A stretch of 64,000 nt of DNA. Source: a virus (Duplodnaviria > Caudoviricetes). How positions within the stretch are numbered: position 1 is the first letter of the stretch; the number at the start of each line of letters is the position of its first letter. The translations under genes and the position numbers were made by a program. The DNA is taken from positions 30,304 to 94,303 of IMG/VR virus record IMGVR_UViG_3300031994_000047. One strand, given 5' to 3'. Of the stretch, positions 1-15,109 are shown in pieces. The notes beneath the pieces were generated by a model. That model saw nothing but the letters and a program-made list of their open reading frames with translations. It had not been told where the DNA came from and made no database searches.

Positions 1-84
1 AACGGTTGGATTCCCGTCCTCATCTATTTTATAAAATGTTACGTCGCACACTTCTTGTATGCCGTAAGTATCAAGTATTGACAT
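1..84 (-). CDS. Tail-tube (major tail protein) paralogue, N-terminal fragment running off the window
   Basis: MSILDTYGIQEVCDVTFYKIDEDGNPTV is nearly identical to the N-terminus of 15110..15976 (MASILDKYGIQEVCDVTFYKLNSAGFPTV); AAGGAG RBS upstream. Confidence 0.8.
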   Translation of the reverse strand, partial: MSILDTYGIQEVCDVTFYKIDEDGNPTV

Positions 85-98
85 TTGTACATCTCCTT

Positions 99-1535
99 TT
101 AAGTTATTTGTTGCCAATAGTCGCCATTCCAGATTAAGAATTGTTTTGCAGTTGAATCGTACATTATTTGTCCAAGATAAGATCCAGCAGGTGGCATGTT
201 TCCACGTATAGTCGTTAATGTTACTCCAGTTGCAATTCGAGCTTCATTTGCAATATTCTAACTAATACAATATAAATTCTAAGAAGAATAATTGGTGATA
301 TTATTTGTATTTGTAGCGCGAAGAAAACAATAATCATCCGATCTTAAAGCATCTACAAAACACACATTATTCCGATATTCAAAATTTCCAGTAGCTGCTG
401 TTATAGAGAAAAAAACATTTCCTGCTCCCGCACTAGCACTTATTGCTCGAACTAGACAATTATTGATATGGAGATCTTTTCCACCCTATGCAAAAAATCC
501 TTTGAAAAAACTATTAGTAGATGGTAATGCGGAAAAATTCCCACTTTTATTTTCTAATTTATTTACACTACACTATTCAAAAGTAACATTTGAAACCGTA
601 TTGCAAAATAAACCGCACCAATTAACTTCTAAATTACTATTCGAATCACAATAGATATGAACATTTTTAAATGTTGAACTCGCTATACTATTTGCAAAAA
701 TTGGGGCGTTTCGATGACTAGAAACATAAATATTTAAATCTTGAAAATATGCACTCTAAATAGAGCTAAAAAATGGCTTATCCTTCGCCAGATAAATCGT
801 ATTACTATTTCCATATAAAGAAAAATCAACGTTGCTTGTAAGAGACCAATCTGATGAACTAGCAATTGCTATCTAGTACTTTAAAAATCCAGATTTAATG
901 TCACCTGAAAGCCATAAACTAAAATTATCCTAACTAACTTCAGTACCAGTTGTAACTTCTGTTCCCTAAAGATAGCTATTTTTTAAATACCCATTTCTAT
1001 AACTCCAAATTGTTTGATTTAATGCTGTCTTATCTAAAGAAAATCCATTAGGAGTAAATGTAACCATGCACCCATCAGGAGTATAAGTAGAAACCGCATT
1101 TTGAACAACACTTATTTCTTTTTTCCCATCATTTGTTTGCACCCATAACTTATTCTATCCATCCATTGGAACTACATAAATTTTATTAGAAGCCCAAGTG
1201 CCAGTAGTACCGCTTACATATTCAAAGGATGGTCTAGAGCTATCATTCACATATCCAATTGTAGCAAGCGATAATCCACTAGTAATATTAGCAGCAATAA
1301 GATCACTAACTGCACTTATAAATGCATTATTTGATACAAAAGCATTAATCTAACTACTAACTGCCTCAACAACATAACCACCACTAACTGCGCCAATATT
1401 ATTACGCGCATTGGTCTAATTTTCAGGAGTAAGAACCTAACGAGTAAATTTGACTGCACTTGCTTGCAATTCTGCAACCGCGTTTAAAAGTTCTTTAACT
1501 TCTCCACCGGTCTTATTTAAATTATAATAATTCAT
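99..1535 (-). CDS. Tail fibre / receptor-binding-like protein, 478 aa (TAG=Gln)
   Basis: Open from ATG 1535 (GGAGG RBS) to TAA 99 when TAG is read through; N-terminal FTRQVLTPENQTNARNNIGA is a fibre-type motif; Asn/Ser-rich, probably beta-rich body; position after the tail-tip genes. Confidence 0.7.
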
Positions 1536-1546
1536 TTGTCACCTCC

Positions 1547-4500
1547 TCACGGCACAGGTATGCGCCCCTCTGTAATCCATTCTCCGCCATAAAAGCGTGC
1601 GAAAGTAATACCATCATCTACATCTATTCTGACTCTCCATAATGCTATATCATTAGAACCATATCGGCTTGCCGCGTTATAATAAAACTCAAGATAAGGA
1701 TTGCCATACAACCCATAAATTGGACCCTATGGTCTATCACTTGGCGACACACCGCTAAGATCAACTTCTCCAAATCCCATTCGATTTATGCCATAAGAAG
1801 TCACAATCGGATTCTTATTTGCATTTAAAACACCAGTCTAAAGTGCGTCCATCGGCATTGTACCTGAATCCACAACTTTAGTCCAAGTTACACCACCATC
1901 AGTAGAAGAACATAATCCACGCGAAGTAAGTTTTGTCATAATATTAGGATTTTCTTTATCTATAACAGTATAACCAGTACCATCTTGAAGTATATTATTC
2001 ATATTACCGCTAATTTTTTGATTGGCTTGAATCGCTTCTTGAACTTTTTGCGCGCTCAATGCACCAGAAGAACTCAAAAGATTTGCCGCCCGCGCATAAG
2101 AACCTTGCGCGAACTATAAGCTCTATGTTTCAGCAGTTATTCTCTAAAACAAATCTTCAAACTAAGTCTTATAATTCTAAACTTTCACAACATCTTTTTC
2201 TGGCTCTTCAAAATAATAAGTAATCTCATATATATAAACAGGCTCTTTGTGTGGAGTCTTTACACCATAAACTAAATCATATCCAAAATACTCTACATCC
2301 TCAATAAATGTAATATCTCCCACATCAAAGTCTTTACCTTTGAACTCTTCAAGCGCGCCGACTCTTAGAACATCAATTGTATAAGATACTTCGGGGCGCG
2401 CGGATGTATAGGCAACTTGAAGTGCATCTAAGTAGTATAAATTATCATCATAATACTTTTCATCATTCCAAGTTCCTTCTTGGATAAAGCGCGAATATGA
2501 TTCATAGAATTTCTTTTCTGCATTAGAAATAGCCGCTTCATGGGCTTTAATTTCTATTTCTAAATCTTTAAGTTTCCCATCAATACCAGTTTCGCTTATC
2601 TACTTTCCATATGCCTCATACTACGCTTCAAACTTAGCTTTCTCAGCCTACGCATTTTTATACTTATAATATTCTGATTGAATTGAACTTACGCCGCCAC
2701 CTTGTGTTTTCTATTTACTAATGTAATTAAAAACGGCAACATCAAAGTTAGTATCACTAGGAGGAGCATCGCGCATAAGTGAACGGATTCGTTCTTTAGA
2801 ACTTATAATCTATTTTTCAGCGCTTGTACGACCTTCTTCTGCCATATTATAAAGCGCTAAAAACTTTTCTTTTTCAGTTATATAACTTTGTTTCAAAGCA
2901 CCCTTTTCAGTAAGAGGCTTTATATTCTTACTTAAAACAGTATAAAGACCTTCTGGTCCATACATATCTCTTGTCAACTATTTTCTATCAATCAAACCTT
3001 TAGAAATATAATAATCAAAATTCAGTATATAATCTGCGCCAGACGTATTGTCTTGCGCGCGACCTATCGCGCAGAAGCCATAGGTTCCAAATTCATTTGA
3101 ATTTTGTAAGACAATTGTTTTTGTTGAAAGTGCATTTGATTTTATATTTCGTTTAATAGATTTTAGATCTATGCCATATACAAAACCATATCCTAAATTC
3201 ACGCCGAGCGTTGTATCGCCTTTTTTAATACGAACTTTTTTCTATAAGATCATACCATCTTCATCGTGGTCAATAATAAATTGAACCCAACACTTAAATT
3301 GCTCAGCAATTGTTTGAAGAATATTGAAACGATTTGATTGTTTCGCGCTAATTGTAGCTTGGCGCTCATAGTTAAGATAAACGGGTTTAAGATTTGGATT
3401 AACCCAATCTACTTTATCTTGGTATAAATAGGCTAAATCCTTAATATCCGTAATATTTTGTTGTTCAGTATGATTATAATAATTATAACGAACATAGGCT
3501 AGTGGTTCAGCATCAAAATCTTCAACATTATCGGGTGTAATAACAACTGGATCTGATTGCCCATCTTTTTCTAATTTGACTTCAGGATAGAACCTAAAAA
3601 CATAAGGTCTTAATGGAGAATCTAAAGAGCCGCCACCCTATTCCTAGCTATATGTATATTCAGAGAACATAAACCCATACTTATAAATACCACCATCAAC
3701 AAATCCATTAAATTGCTCTTTTCGAGATACAGACTCAGTAATTTCAATCTCTATTGTCCAGACCATAATTTTAAAAGTTGGCGGAATTACAGCACTACCT
3801 TCTGGCTATAAGTAATTTTCTTTATAATCAGTCTACTCATCAGAGTTCTTTTTAATTTTTGCTTCAACACTATTAATTTTTAAGAAATCATTAGTGTTAA
3901 TATTCTATATTATGTCTCCACTATCCTGATAAATATATATATGTGGCTCAAGTGGCGCGCGTTTGTCTTGTACTGATATACGATTTAATTCTTCTATTTC
4001 TTCGTTAGTTACTAAAAGTTCATAAGAAACTCTATACTTATTACCTTTTACTAACCCATTTGGAAAGTATGTCGCCGCGCCCTATAAAGTAGTATTATAT
4101 AAATACTAATCAGGAATAAGTGCTAGTCCACCATAATCTGCACTATCTGAGCTTTGTCTAAACCAAGTTCTTTGTGCGTATCCATCTCGAAGAACTGCAT
4201 ATCCGATTGCTGGCTAAGATTTATTAGCATTTCTTCTAAAGAAATACCAATTCATACTATCTGTAAACTGCTCTGGATTTACAATTAAATTATTAACTGC
4301 CGTGCAATCAAGAGTATCGGTATCTGTAAAACGATAAATTTCGTCGTTGCTACTTCCCAATTGCCATATCTAACAAACTCGATTTGTTAATGGATCGCAC
4401 CTACTTTTTATATGATTTACTATCCTTTGCGCGCGATATTGAGTTGAAACTAAAGCATTCGCACTTAATGTAAAATATGAGGTACTCTAATCTTTTAAAT

Positions 4501-5941
4501 GAAAACTCCAAAGATTAGCATTATAGGTCGCCGCGAAATTATCTACATAACACTAAACTCCATTTATTACAAGCATTCCGTCTTTTTCAACAATCGGCGT
4601 GCTATCAACATAATAAAATCCAAATCGACCTAAATCTACCTAAGTATTGTCTTCATAAGTTTGAGTCAATAACTAACTAACCTAAGAATAGAATAACATA
4701 ACTCTCCCGTATCCAGATAAAACAATTCGTCCTTCGCCATTTTCTAAAATGGTAGTTACACCAGCGCCGCCATTTGGTGAATTAGCTTCATAAACCGGTT
4801 CTTCTACATACTCTCTTATCGTATCACTATTTTCCGCATCATAACTCCAATCTGTACCTTTCAACACATCCGTTATTAAGTTCGGAGCAGTATCAATATT
4901 ATTCTATAACTCAATATCATAAGTAAGATTAAAACCCTATCGTGACAACTCAGAAATAAACTAATCTTCGCAAGTATAAGTTATGAGTTTTGAATCAGAA
5001 CTTTCATCACAATTCTTTATGATAAAATCATACCACTTATCTTTCCATTTAACTTTCAATTTCTACTCATTAAAAAGATATTGAATAAATGGATTTATAT
5101 AATGATCATCATAAACTTGGATTCTTCGATAGATTAGAGGTGTCGTATCTGGCTAAACTGCAAGCGCTTTGTTTTCATTATTATGTTGCACGAAATATCC
5201 ATATAGACTCTCAATAATATCTAAATCGTAACACTCTCTTAGCATTTTAAATGTGAAAGTAGAAGTTCCGTTTATGTTCTTTGTTAAGACGGGTTCAAGA
5301 GCGGAGCATTGAGCTTTAAATGTGTCAGTGCCAATTATTGCAACTTTTTTCTCAGTCGGAATTTTTTTTAAAGACGGAACATCAACTAAATTTGGAAACT
5401 CTGATTCAAAAAACTATATCTATTCATGTGCCTCATAGAAAATTGAATCACTAGAATTTTCTCCAATCACACAGCAATAATTATAAACTAGTATTCCAAT
5501 ATTATTTGATAAAATAGTAGAAGTATTATCTAAATTATAAACCGCCTCTGGATATAATGTTCGACCGCGTACATTCTCATTATTATGCAATATCTAATAA
5601 TATAAACCCTCTTTTCTGTTATTAGACTATTTAATAAAAGTATAATTATATGAAGAATCCCAGTCATTATTGGGAATAGCAAGCCTTAAAGCGTGGTTAT
5701 ATCCAAATCCCCTATGTTCCCAACCATCTTTATATAAAGTCTTAATAAATGTAGCAGCCTTATTCTTATTTTCAGGAGTTTGATTCTCTTGTCTCCAATA
5801 TTCAAAAGTAAAAGTAATACCTTCTTTTGGAATAATCTCTTTTATTTGTGCTGAAGCCACGAGATAAAACCAACCTACAACAGATGGCTTAAATGTGTCT
5901 TCCCATACGCTTATTTCATAAGGTTCTTGTATTGCAGCCAT
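1547..5941 (-). CDS. Tail-tip (Tal-like / host-specificity) protein, about 1,464 aa (TAG=Gln)
   Basis: Track fragments 5627-5941, 4682-4867, 2978-3202 and 1838-2077 share one frame and each ends at TAG; ends at TGA 1547; follows Dit. Not every codon between fragments was checked. Confidence 0.7.
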
Positions 5942-5953
5942 TATCTCACCTCC

Positions 5954-7537
5954 TTAGAAATAGCGATAATCTAGCTTAAATGTAGAAGTTACATCATCAG
6001 CAGAAAGAATCGACATTGATGCCGGATTCCAAGCAGGAATCGTCACCGAAGGGATTCCAGTAGATGTTGAACTAATATAAATAACATAAGTTGCATCTGG
6101 TTGTATTTTTGGACTAATAGCACCGTTCTGAACATTCTCATATAAACTAATCTACTAATCACATAAAAAAGGAGTTGCTTTTATAACTCTATTTAATGAG
6201 CTTGGAGCAGTCGCACCACTACTTGGAGTACAAAAAACAGAAACCCAATAATTAGTTCCCGAACCACGCCCTCTATTTTTAAAGAAAGTAAAATAACTTG
6301 TTACTTCCGCGCCGAGTGCAGCCTCCGCAGGATAGTCATTCTTATCAAAATAAAACTCAGTAGGAGTTGAAAAAACTATTGTTGCGTTTTGTGCTGACTC
6401 TAATGTTGAACCGCCTTTAAAAACCCACTCATTACTTGTATTTTCAAAAGGACCATAACCAAAACCAAATGTATCACCAACATAGTTCTAAGCACTACTA
6501 AGACTCGTTTCTGTCATAAAAATAACTCGATTGGTAGGTCGTTTTGTCGGCTCTATCCAACCTTTAGTTCTATTACCAATTATTTCCACCTTTATTTCGC
6601 GCCCATCACTAATTGGTAAATTACCAAAGGTTCCAGATATAATATAACTATTATAAATAGTTCCAGTTGGAACTCTTTCGAAATTTGCTCCTTTTATAAG
6701 ATGTCTTTCCATATCAATCAATATAAAATCATCATTTGTATTAAGTTTTGTAGTTATCGCGCCCAATTGAAGGATATAAAGATTTTCATCACCAGCAGAG
6801 ATCCTTAAAGTTAAAGGCTCTTCCATAAGTTCAAAAGGAATATAAATTTTATATTCTGCTGGATAGTCTCCATTATTATATAACACAAGCTTTTTATCAG
6901 TAAAGTCTTGCGGACCAGCTTCTAAACCACTTGCTTCCGCCCACTCGCCAATATTCGGATAGTTAAATTCATCATACTGTGACAAATATGGATGCACAGC
7001 CCGCGCGAAAGGATCGTAGCAAATGAAGTTTATTGTACCCTCACCTTTATATACCCTTTCAAAAATTGGAGTAACCTCATCTTCTCTCACTCCAACTTCC
7101 TCATCAAAACACACATACTTAACTTGAAGAGGCTACTGTAACTTAACAGTATAAGCCTTGAAAGGATACTCATCAAAAATTAATTCTCCCATATTCTTTC
7201 CATCAAAGCGTTTTCTCAAGGCGCGCAGTTGTGTCTCAGACATATGGTCAAATGCAAATGAAACTTGGATCTAACGCGCATTATAAAAACTCTCGAAGTA
7301 ATAAGCCCCATCACGCCCAGGGGCTTGATAGGTCTTATCTTGAAAAGGGGGAGAAGTTATGTCATTATATCTTGAACCGTCACTGACACGAGTAATCCCA
7401 AAGTCGCTTGAGTGAACCCAATCAGAACACACTCTAGGTTTTGGTTCATCTTCAGTGGAAGGCTCAATCTCTTCAAAAGTTTCGCCAGGTAACACAAAGC
7501 AGAAACCTTCGAAATCTACTCTTTTAAATCTTTCCAT
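5954..7537 (-). CDS. Distal tail protein (Dit) with an inserted domain, 527 aa (TAG=Gln)
   Basis: Fragments 7271-7537 and 6488-7114 are in one frame and continue to TAA 5954; PGRDGAYYF and ELIFDEYPFKAY motifs, C-terminal YRYF; directly after the tape measure. Confidence 0.75.
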
Positions 7538-7595
7538 TGTCTTTCCTCCTTTAAACTCCTTTCTATTATAAGTGAGATTTTTGGACTATGTATAA

Positions 7596-7628
7596 AGAGA
7601 AATGGGTCATCGAAATGACCCATTCTCA
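7596..7628 (-). terminator. Hairpin after the tape measure gene
   Basis: gagaaatgggtcat-cgaa-atgacccattctc inverted repeat. Confidence 0.55.
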
Positions 7629-7637
7629 TATTTTGTT

Positions 7638-10600
7638 TTATCGGAGATAGCTTATGACGCGTGTGTTACGGTATTGTCCATCTTGGTAAATTTGTTGTTT
7701 AATGCGCGCGGCAAGTTGGTCTACGTCGTAATCAGATCCAATGTCGGCATCGATTTTTATGTCGAAGTATGTGTCACCAGTTAAGGAGTTTTGTTGAGTT
7801 GGATCGAAGTTACGAAGAATATCGCGGAGAGCGATAAAGTTTTGAGAATCGGATGGGTCTAGGACGACTTCGGGATGGGATTTTGTACCATCGAGCCAAG
7901 CAGGACCAGTAAAGTCTGCGAGACCACCTGCCTAATAGGTGAACCCAGCATTTGTGAGTTTTTTTCGAGTATATTCTGCCCAATCTTTCCAACTTGAGTA
8001 ATTCCAAATATAGGGAACTTTAACACTTCCAGAAGGTCTAAGATCCTTTTCCCCAGTCTTCACGCCAGGCAAATCCATAAAATTAAGATCCTTTAGAGCG
8101 TTCCAAATATCTGTTGGCATTAAATTCCCCTAAGACCAGTCCCACACATAATATGGATGATATAAACGAGAGCTATGATCGAGTTCATATCTTAACTTAG
8201 TTAATTTATCATACGTCTTTGTTATTGTATCATCGCTCCAAGTATTAACCTATTTTTCATCATAAAATTCGCTTTGCAAAATAGAATTCATTTTTCGATA
8301 AATGTCACCATCTCTAATAAGATTTTCTTCACTCTCAGAAATATTATCTTGACTAGTATTCTATTCTCCATTAGTTTCCTAAGTTATCTTATTTCTATTT
8401 CGTCTATTTTCAGCCGTCACGCCCATCTCTACAAGATCATAAATATATCCTTTTTCATTTCGTGCTTTGTTTAATAGATAAGAAGGCTATAGCTCTGGCT
8501 CTGATCCAAAAACTCCCTTTTGTTCATCGTACATAAGTCTATTCCAATCATCATAACCATAAATTTTATTTATTGCTTTTTTTGCTTCTTCTTCATCAAA
8601 AATATCTTTTGTACCTGGCTCTTCACCATCGCCAATAGACTAATTGCCCGTCTTATCAGCATCTTCTTTAGCTTTTGGTATCTTTTTTCCAAGTTCAACT
8701 AAATCGCCATCTGTTGCTAATTTATTACCTTTTGAGATATCTTTATTTATTTTTGTGGCACTTAATCCGCTTTCAATTTCTGTTTCTAAATCAGAAGTCC
8801 ACTTTTTCTATTGCGCATCAGTCATACCAAAAAATCCGTCTGCAGCCTATAAACGGCCAATAATTGATTTATCACCATTACTAAGCGCATCCTTCAAGTC
8901 TTGAATGTCTTTAGCTTTCCCGCCTTCTTGCCACATCTTATACTGACTCTATAAAACTTCAAGCTAATCAGTCTAAACTTTCATAACTTCTTCATTCTAA
9001 GTCTCAATCTCTTTCAGCGCGCTATCTACAATTCCATCAATATAAGACTCTCTTTTTGCATCCAATTCCTTCTAAGTCTTCATAATCTCAAGGCCATTTG
9101 CGCCAGTCGTATCTCTCTATAAATACGCAAGTCGATTCTCAAGTTCAGCAACTTCTTCTTCTTTTTTCGTGTTCTCTCTTATTTCTCTCTCAAGATCAAT
9201 ACTCTTCCTTAATTCATCAACAATTCTCTAATTACTTTGCTAAATTGCGTCATTTAATGCTTCTTGATCTTCAATTCTTTGTTCCCATTCTTTCTCTAGC
9301 ATATTTCCAAGACGATCTTCAAGAGTAATAATATCTTCGAGTCTTTCATCTTGTAAAGCCTTTAAATCATCAGTATTCTCATAAATCTCATCTTCTTTCT
9401 TACGAACCAAATCAACCGCTTTTTGTAACTCTTCACGATATTTATCTGCTGCTTCTGAATCATCTTTATCTGTCAATTTTGTATACGCATCGGTCATCTA
9501 AATGGTTCCAAACTCATCAACAGTAAAGTATTTCTATTGCTCAGCATATGTATGATCGACGCCGTTTTCATCTATCCAATGCTTGTTTCCAATATTCGCA
9601 AGTTCTTCCTTAGCAATTTCAAGTTCATTTTCCAAATTCTATCTTTGAAGCTATAATGCAGAAATCTCAAGCTCGCGCGCAGTTGTAACCTTTTGAATAT
9701 CAAGAGTTCCATCTGCAAGAAGTGCATTATATTCTCTCTAGTATTTTGAACGTTCTCTTTGAAGAGTAACTTGAATTTGATCCAAGTTATAAAGACGATC
9801 AATTTCATGAATAAAAGTCTCAAGACCTTTCGCGCCATTTTCAGTAGCAGTAATAAGATTCTTTAATGACTTTCCAAGATTCTCAGTACCTTCACCATAT
9901 TTCTTTTCAAGCTTTATGATATCTTCCCAAGCAATTCCTACTGCTAATGCTCTTTCTATAAGAATATCTGTAGCAGTATTTGAGATAAAATCTAATTCTT
10001 GAATTGTGTCTTGTATAGCAAGTTGAGCATCTGTTAAACCTTCATTATATGACTAAAGATATCCAACTACTTCTTTTGCAGTTTCTGGCTTAATAAACCA
10101 AGTTCCATCTTGCTTAAATGCTTTACCTTCAATATAATCTCCCATATGTGAATATAGGTTCTAATATTCTTCTTCTGTTAGCCCCTTATTTAACTGAAGT
10201 TTTAAAGCAATATCTACGAATTCTTGCCACTGGTCGGTTGTTTGCGCCATCTTACGACCAGCCTTTTCGCCATCTTTATACAGGATCTTAATTAATGCAT
10301 CAAAATCTTTTAAATCTACGCCTAAACTTTTAAGATAGTTGATAAACTATTGAACCGCAGGCATACCTTCTTTTGTTATATCAATACCTATTAAAGCCTA
10401 AGCAGCAATTTGTTGATTCTTACTAGATAGCTCATTAAAACTAAACTAAACACCAGAAGATTGTCTATGAACAGCTTCAGACTATTCCTTCGTTAATCCA
10501 TTGATCATATTATCCGCAAGCCCTTGTAAAATATCAAGAAGTCTACTTCCACCTGCTTTTTTATAATCATCTATAAAACTATTCAATTGTTCTTTTGTTA

Positions 10601-13600
10601 TAGTCCCAGCTTCAAATTCTGTTAAAAATTTTGAATTATTATTAAGTAAAGCATCTGATTCTAATTCAGCTATTTTTTCTGGAAACCTTGCTATTTCTTT
10701 TATTATATCCTGATTAAAGAGTGTTTTTGTCTTATACAAACCCGCTTTAGATAAGTCATCCTCTAAAATTCCTATATTATTTTCAATTAAATGTTCATAA
10801 TATTCTGGATCAAAATAAGTATTTGTTATAATTTCAGCTAATTTATCTCCATTACCAAAAATGTTAAGATCAATCATCGCTTTTTCAAAAGCTTTTTTAA
10901 CATTATCACTTTCACCGCTTAAAATAGCAGAAGCAATATCATCTAATTCTTCGGCGGTAACTTCTCTATCTGCTAGTCCACTCCAAAGTCCATAAGAACT
11001 TCCAATTAATTCATTAAATTCTGTTATACTACGATCTTTTATGGCTTGCTATATATCTTTATAGTTTGCAACTCTAAGTGTAAGTGGGCTTCCTATAAAA
11101 TGTTCCCACCACTGAATGCCAGTTGTAATTCCTCCAGAGCTTGCAATAGATGTCATTTCTTTATTTTCTGCTAGTGCGGCATTGTAATCTTCATAGGCTC
11201 TTTGAATATTAGACTGTCTTAGTTTAGACATCTCTGCTCTAAGACCTTCTTCGCCACCCTCTTTAAGTTTCCATTCGCCGTTTTCATAGGTAAAGAACTC
11301 TCTTAATCTAGGAATTGTCTTTAAAAGATTATTAACTGTATCATTTACTTTTTGTACTGATTGATTCCATTCATCGGTACCTTTTACTAACTCAGTAGTC
11401 TATTTTGAATATTCTGTTGTTAAGGTATCTAAAGCCTTCTCACAAGTATCGATTTCTTTGTTGGTCTCTTCAATTTTTTCTTTTAATTCTTCTTGCTTCT
11501 CTCTTAACTCATCAATTCTTCTTGAACTTGCGTTTGCAGCATCTGAAAAAGCTTTAATTGCTACAACTGCTCCCGCAATAACCGCAGCAATTCCAAGTAT
11601 CCACCAAAAAGCCGCTTGCATAATAACTCCTTTACCAGCAGCCTTTAAAGATTCATTACCTAAAGCCTAAATTGCTTGTCCTACTACTGGTAAAATGGCG
11701 CCGACAACCGATAATGCAGTACCAACTGTAGTTATTGCCTTACCAAAATCAGAAGTCTATTCTGGGTCCATCGCCGCAGAAAGCATTACTAGTGCAGTAC
11801 CAGCCGTTGATAAAGCCATACCCATTTTTTGAGTATCTACAGTAGTCTTTTGAGTTGTTAATCCAAATTCTAAGAATACCTTATCAACATTTTCTGCTGA
11901 CATACCAGTTGCAACTAAATTATTTCGTAAAGTTTCCACACTTCCATTAGCAGACTCAACCGCTTGAATCATCTAGCCAGTCTTTTCAGGATCTAAATTA
12001 GATTTTGTAATTAAACCATTCTAGCCAAATAGAAGATTATCTTGCTAATCAGAGCCGAAAGTTTTTTTCGCTAAAAAAGATGTCTTATTAAACCCAATTA
12101 AATTTTTAAAAGATCTTTTCTAACCTACTCCACTAACATTGGTCTTTTTTATCTCGCCTTCTACCGCAGCTTTAAATGCTTTTCCAGCTTCGGTTCCAGC
12201 CTCTCTAAATATTTTATTAATACTTCCAAAAAGTCCATTAAACACAGTTCTTGCAACCTTAAATCCACTCCAAAGCATTAGAATCTTTGGAAGAATTCCA
12301 GCCCAGCCATTTAATCCTTTTGTAATATTATTAATCGCATTAATAATACCAGTCAAGATATCTACAACACCCTTCACAAGATCAGATTCCATTAATCCCA
12401 TCGTAAAGGTATCATACGCATTTTGCAAACGATTTAATTTACTATCTAATGAATCTAGAGTCTTTCCAAATTGCTCATTAGATGCTCCAGCTGAATTTTC
12501 AGCAATGCTTACAAGTTCTTGTGTGCGCGCATAGTCTTGCATAAGTGCAATAAAACGCGATTGCTAACGCGAACCTGCCGCTTGTGTTGCAATATATCTC
12601 TATTGAACAGTGCTTAAAGTATCCCATTTCTCTGAAAGTTTCATAAGAATAGAATCCAAACCTTCAGTTCCCGCGAAGAAACCAGACATATCAATTCCCG
12701 CAACTTCTCTCAAAGCCGCAGAAATCTTGTTAAGATTTATAACTTCTCCTTCTTCATCTGTTCCAGTCAGTCCACCTTCAGAAGCAAGTTTTTTAACTTC
12801 ACCAAATCTAGAAACAATAGTTTTTAATGCGGTACCAGCAGTCTCAGGAGATTCTTGTGTAGTTTCAATAATCTATGTTAAGAATGCAGAAGTTGTTTCA
12901 AATTCCATACCCGCCGACTTAGCAAGTGAAGCAACTTTAGTCATAGCAGTTGAAATTTCATCCACATTAGCCGCAGCTTTAGCCGCAAGAGCAGAATAAA
13001 CATTATTGATACGTCCCGCACTAGCTTCATTAATTTCCATATTAAAACCACGCAAGGCGTTCGTCATACGTTTTGTAGCATCTTCCGCACCGAGTCCCGC
13101 AATACGAGCCATTTTTAGGGTTTCATTAGAAACTGCCATAACTTCATTTGTTTTTAAGCCCTATTGATAAAACAAAGTAGCAGACTCATATGCATCATGA
13201 ACCGATACACCAAGTTCATTTGCTCTACGTGTATATTCTGGTAACTGTGACCACATATCTCCAACAGAGAAGTTTGTAACCACAGCCGCTTCTGTCATAA
13301 CTTTGTCAAGGTCTTTAATAGTTGCAAAAGCCGAACGAGCCGCGCGCTTTAAAAGATTAATAGCATTTGCAGCGCCAAAGAAATAAGTAATTTTGTTTTT
13401 AAAATTCTCCATTTCTTGGTTCATTTCATTTTGAGCCTTTGCCGCGCCGAGCTATTCTTGAGTCATATTATCGAGCGCTTGAGCACCCTATTTTAACTCT
13501 CCAGTCTAAGCATCTATATATGCGTTGCCTTCGGCAAGTGCTTGCGCATAAAGCTTCGCAATTTCAGCGTTCTAGCCATCAACAATGCCTAAACGCTATT

Positions 13601-14240
13601 TAACCTCTGCTAAATTCTATGCTTTTTTAAGAGCATATTCCATCGCAGCAGCTAAATCTCGCATTTCTTTTGCATTAAAACCGCCGGCCTTGTTGAGTTT
13701 GGAAGTTGCTGTTATTGCAGCTTGTGCCGCCGCAAAATCTCCACTTCCCATTGCAGATTCAAAAGTGCCGACCGTTCCAGGAAGTTTTGTAGTGATTGCT
13801 GCTTTCGCGCGCTAATACTTTGTATTCTTCGCTTTAATAGATTTTGCCGCAATTGCGCCAATTTCAGTCTATGTCTATTTTATTGAATTATTGATGTCAT
13901 CAATCTATTGTTTTACACTCGCACTAAAAAAATCTTTTAATTTATCCTTTGGAATTTTATTTAAAAGTTCTGTTAAATGCGTCCAAGTATCGCCAATTTG
14001 TTTACTAGCCGTATTAAAAGCATTAATATCTTTATTGTCTTTTAGTCCGCGCGCGAGTGCCGCTCCAGCTTTCGCACCAGCATCCTCAATTTTTGTAAAC
14101 GCTTTTGAGAAAGATGACTAAAGTTTTTCAGGTACGCCTAATTTATTTAGAAATTCTTGAAGTTGCTTAGTTTTTGTAAGAGCGTCTTGAATGTCAGTTA
14201 CTACATTAAACTAAACAACTCTTTCAATTTTATCTGCCAT
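7638..14240 (-). CDS. Tape measure protein, about 2,200 aa (TAG=Gln)
   Basis: Nine track fragments (13424, 13139, 12542, 11972, 11621, 11231, 10877, 9497, 8120) share one frame from ATG 14240 to TAA 7638; TP901-type TMP core (AAAKAAANVDEISTAMTKVASLAK...); C-terminal GGLADFTGPAWLDGTKSHPEVVL. Confidence 0.9.
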
Positions 14241-14254
14241 TCTCCTTCAACTCC

Positions 14255-15037
14255 TTATATATCACTATTAATATCATCATTCAAAACTAAGAACTCGATA
14301 ATATGTGATTGACCTCTTTGTCCCACTGGAATAGCGCGTCCCTAAAAATCTAAAACATATGGATTACCATTTCTTCCAAGCATAAGACTTAAAGTACTTG
14401 TAATTTTAATTTTTGGGATTCGTATAATTCCAGTTTTTATAACTCCACTTACATCATCTTTTACTTTTGTTTGTCCTTCCAAATAAATATATCCATTAAA
14501 TAATCTCTAGTCAAATAAAAACGCATTATAACCATTATTATAATTATAGTTATAATAAACGCTTACTTCTTTAAAAGCATCATTAATTTTTATGCTTCGC
14601 GCGCTAAGTATTTCATATTGTAACTTTTCTCCAGTATTAAAATCATATATAAAAAGCAAATCGGCAAAATCTTTTGAAAGCGTTATAATTCCTTCTGCTG
14701 AACTCTCGAGATGTTCAGTAGTACTAATTTCAATTCGATCTAATTCCGAAGACTGAATAAGTCGTGAATTTTTCAAAAGTGCTAATTGCTCATTTGTCAT
14801 TGTGCCTTTTGAAAATTGAAGATTAATTTCTTTTACTGTATTCCAAAAAACCCAACTTCTGTTGCCAAATCCACCATCTGCGCTCACAAACTCAGAACTT
14901 TCTTGTAATCCAAATATTTCCAAATGATCGAAAAAAGCAATTGGCTCATTTTTCTCGATCTGTCGATTGCCTACTTGGAACGGATAGGTCGCGCGCAGAG
15001 TTATGTTATCGATTTCTCGAAAAGTAAATTCTGACAT
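14255..15037 (-). CDS. Second tail-tube paralogue, 260 aa (TAG=Gln)
   Basis: Aligns by eye with the major tail protein (PIAFFDHLEI..ADGGFGNRSWVFWNTVKEINLQF vs PVLFLDTLKI..AQGGKGNAPLIMWDYGKEITVTL; IRIPKIKI vs IVIPKAKV); reads through two TAGs to TAA 14255. Confidence 0.7.
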
Positions 15038-15109
15038 TCCTTTTTCTCCTTATAATAATAAAAGGTGAAGGAGTTTTACCTCCTCCACCCATTTTTAGTT
15101 TTTATGTTT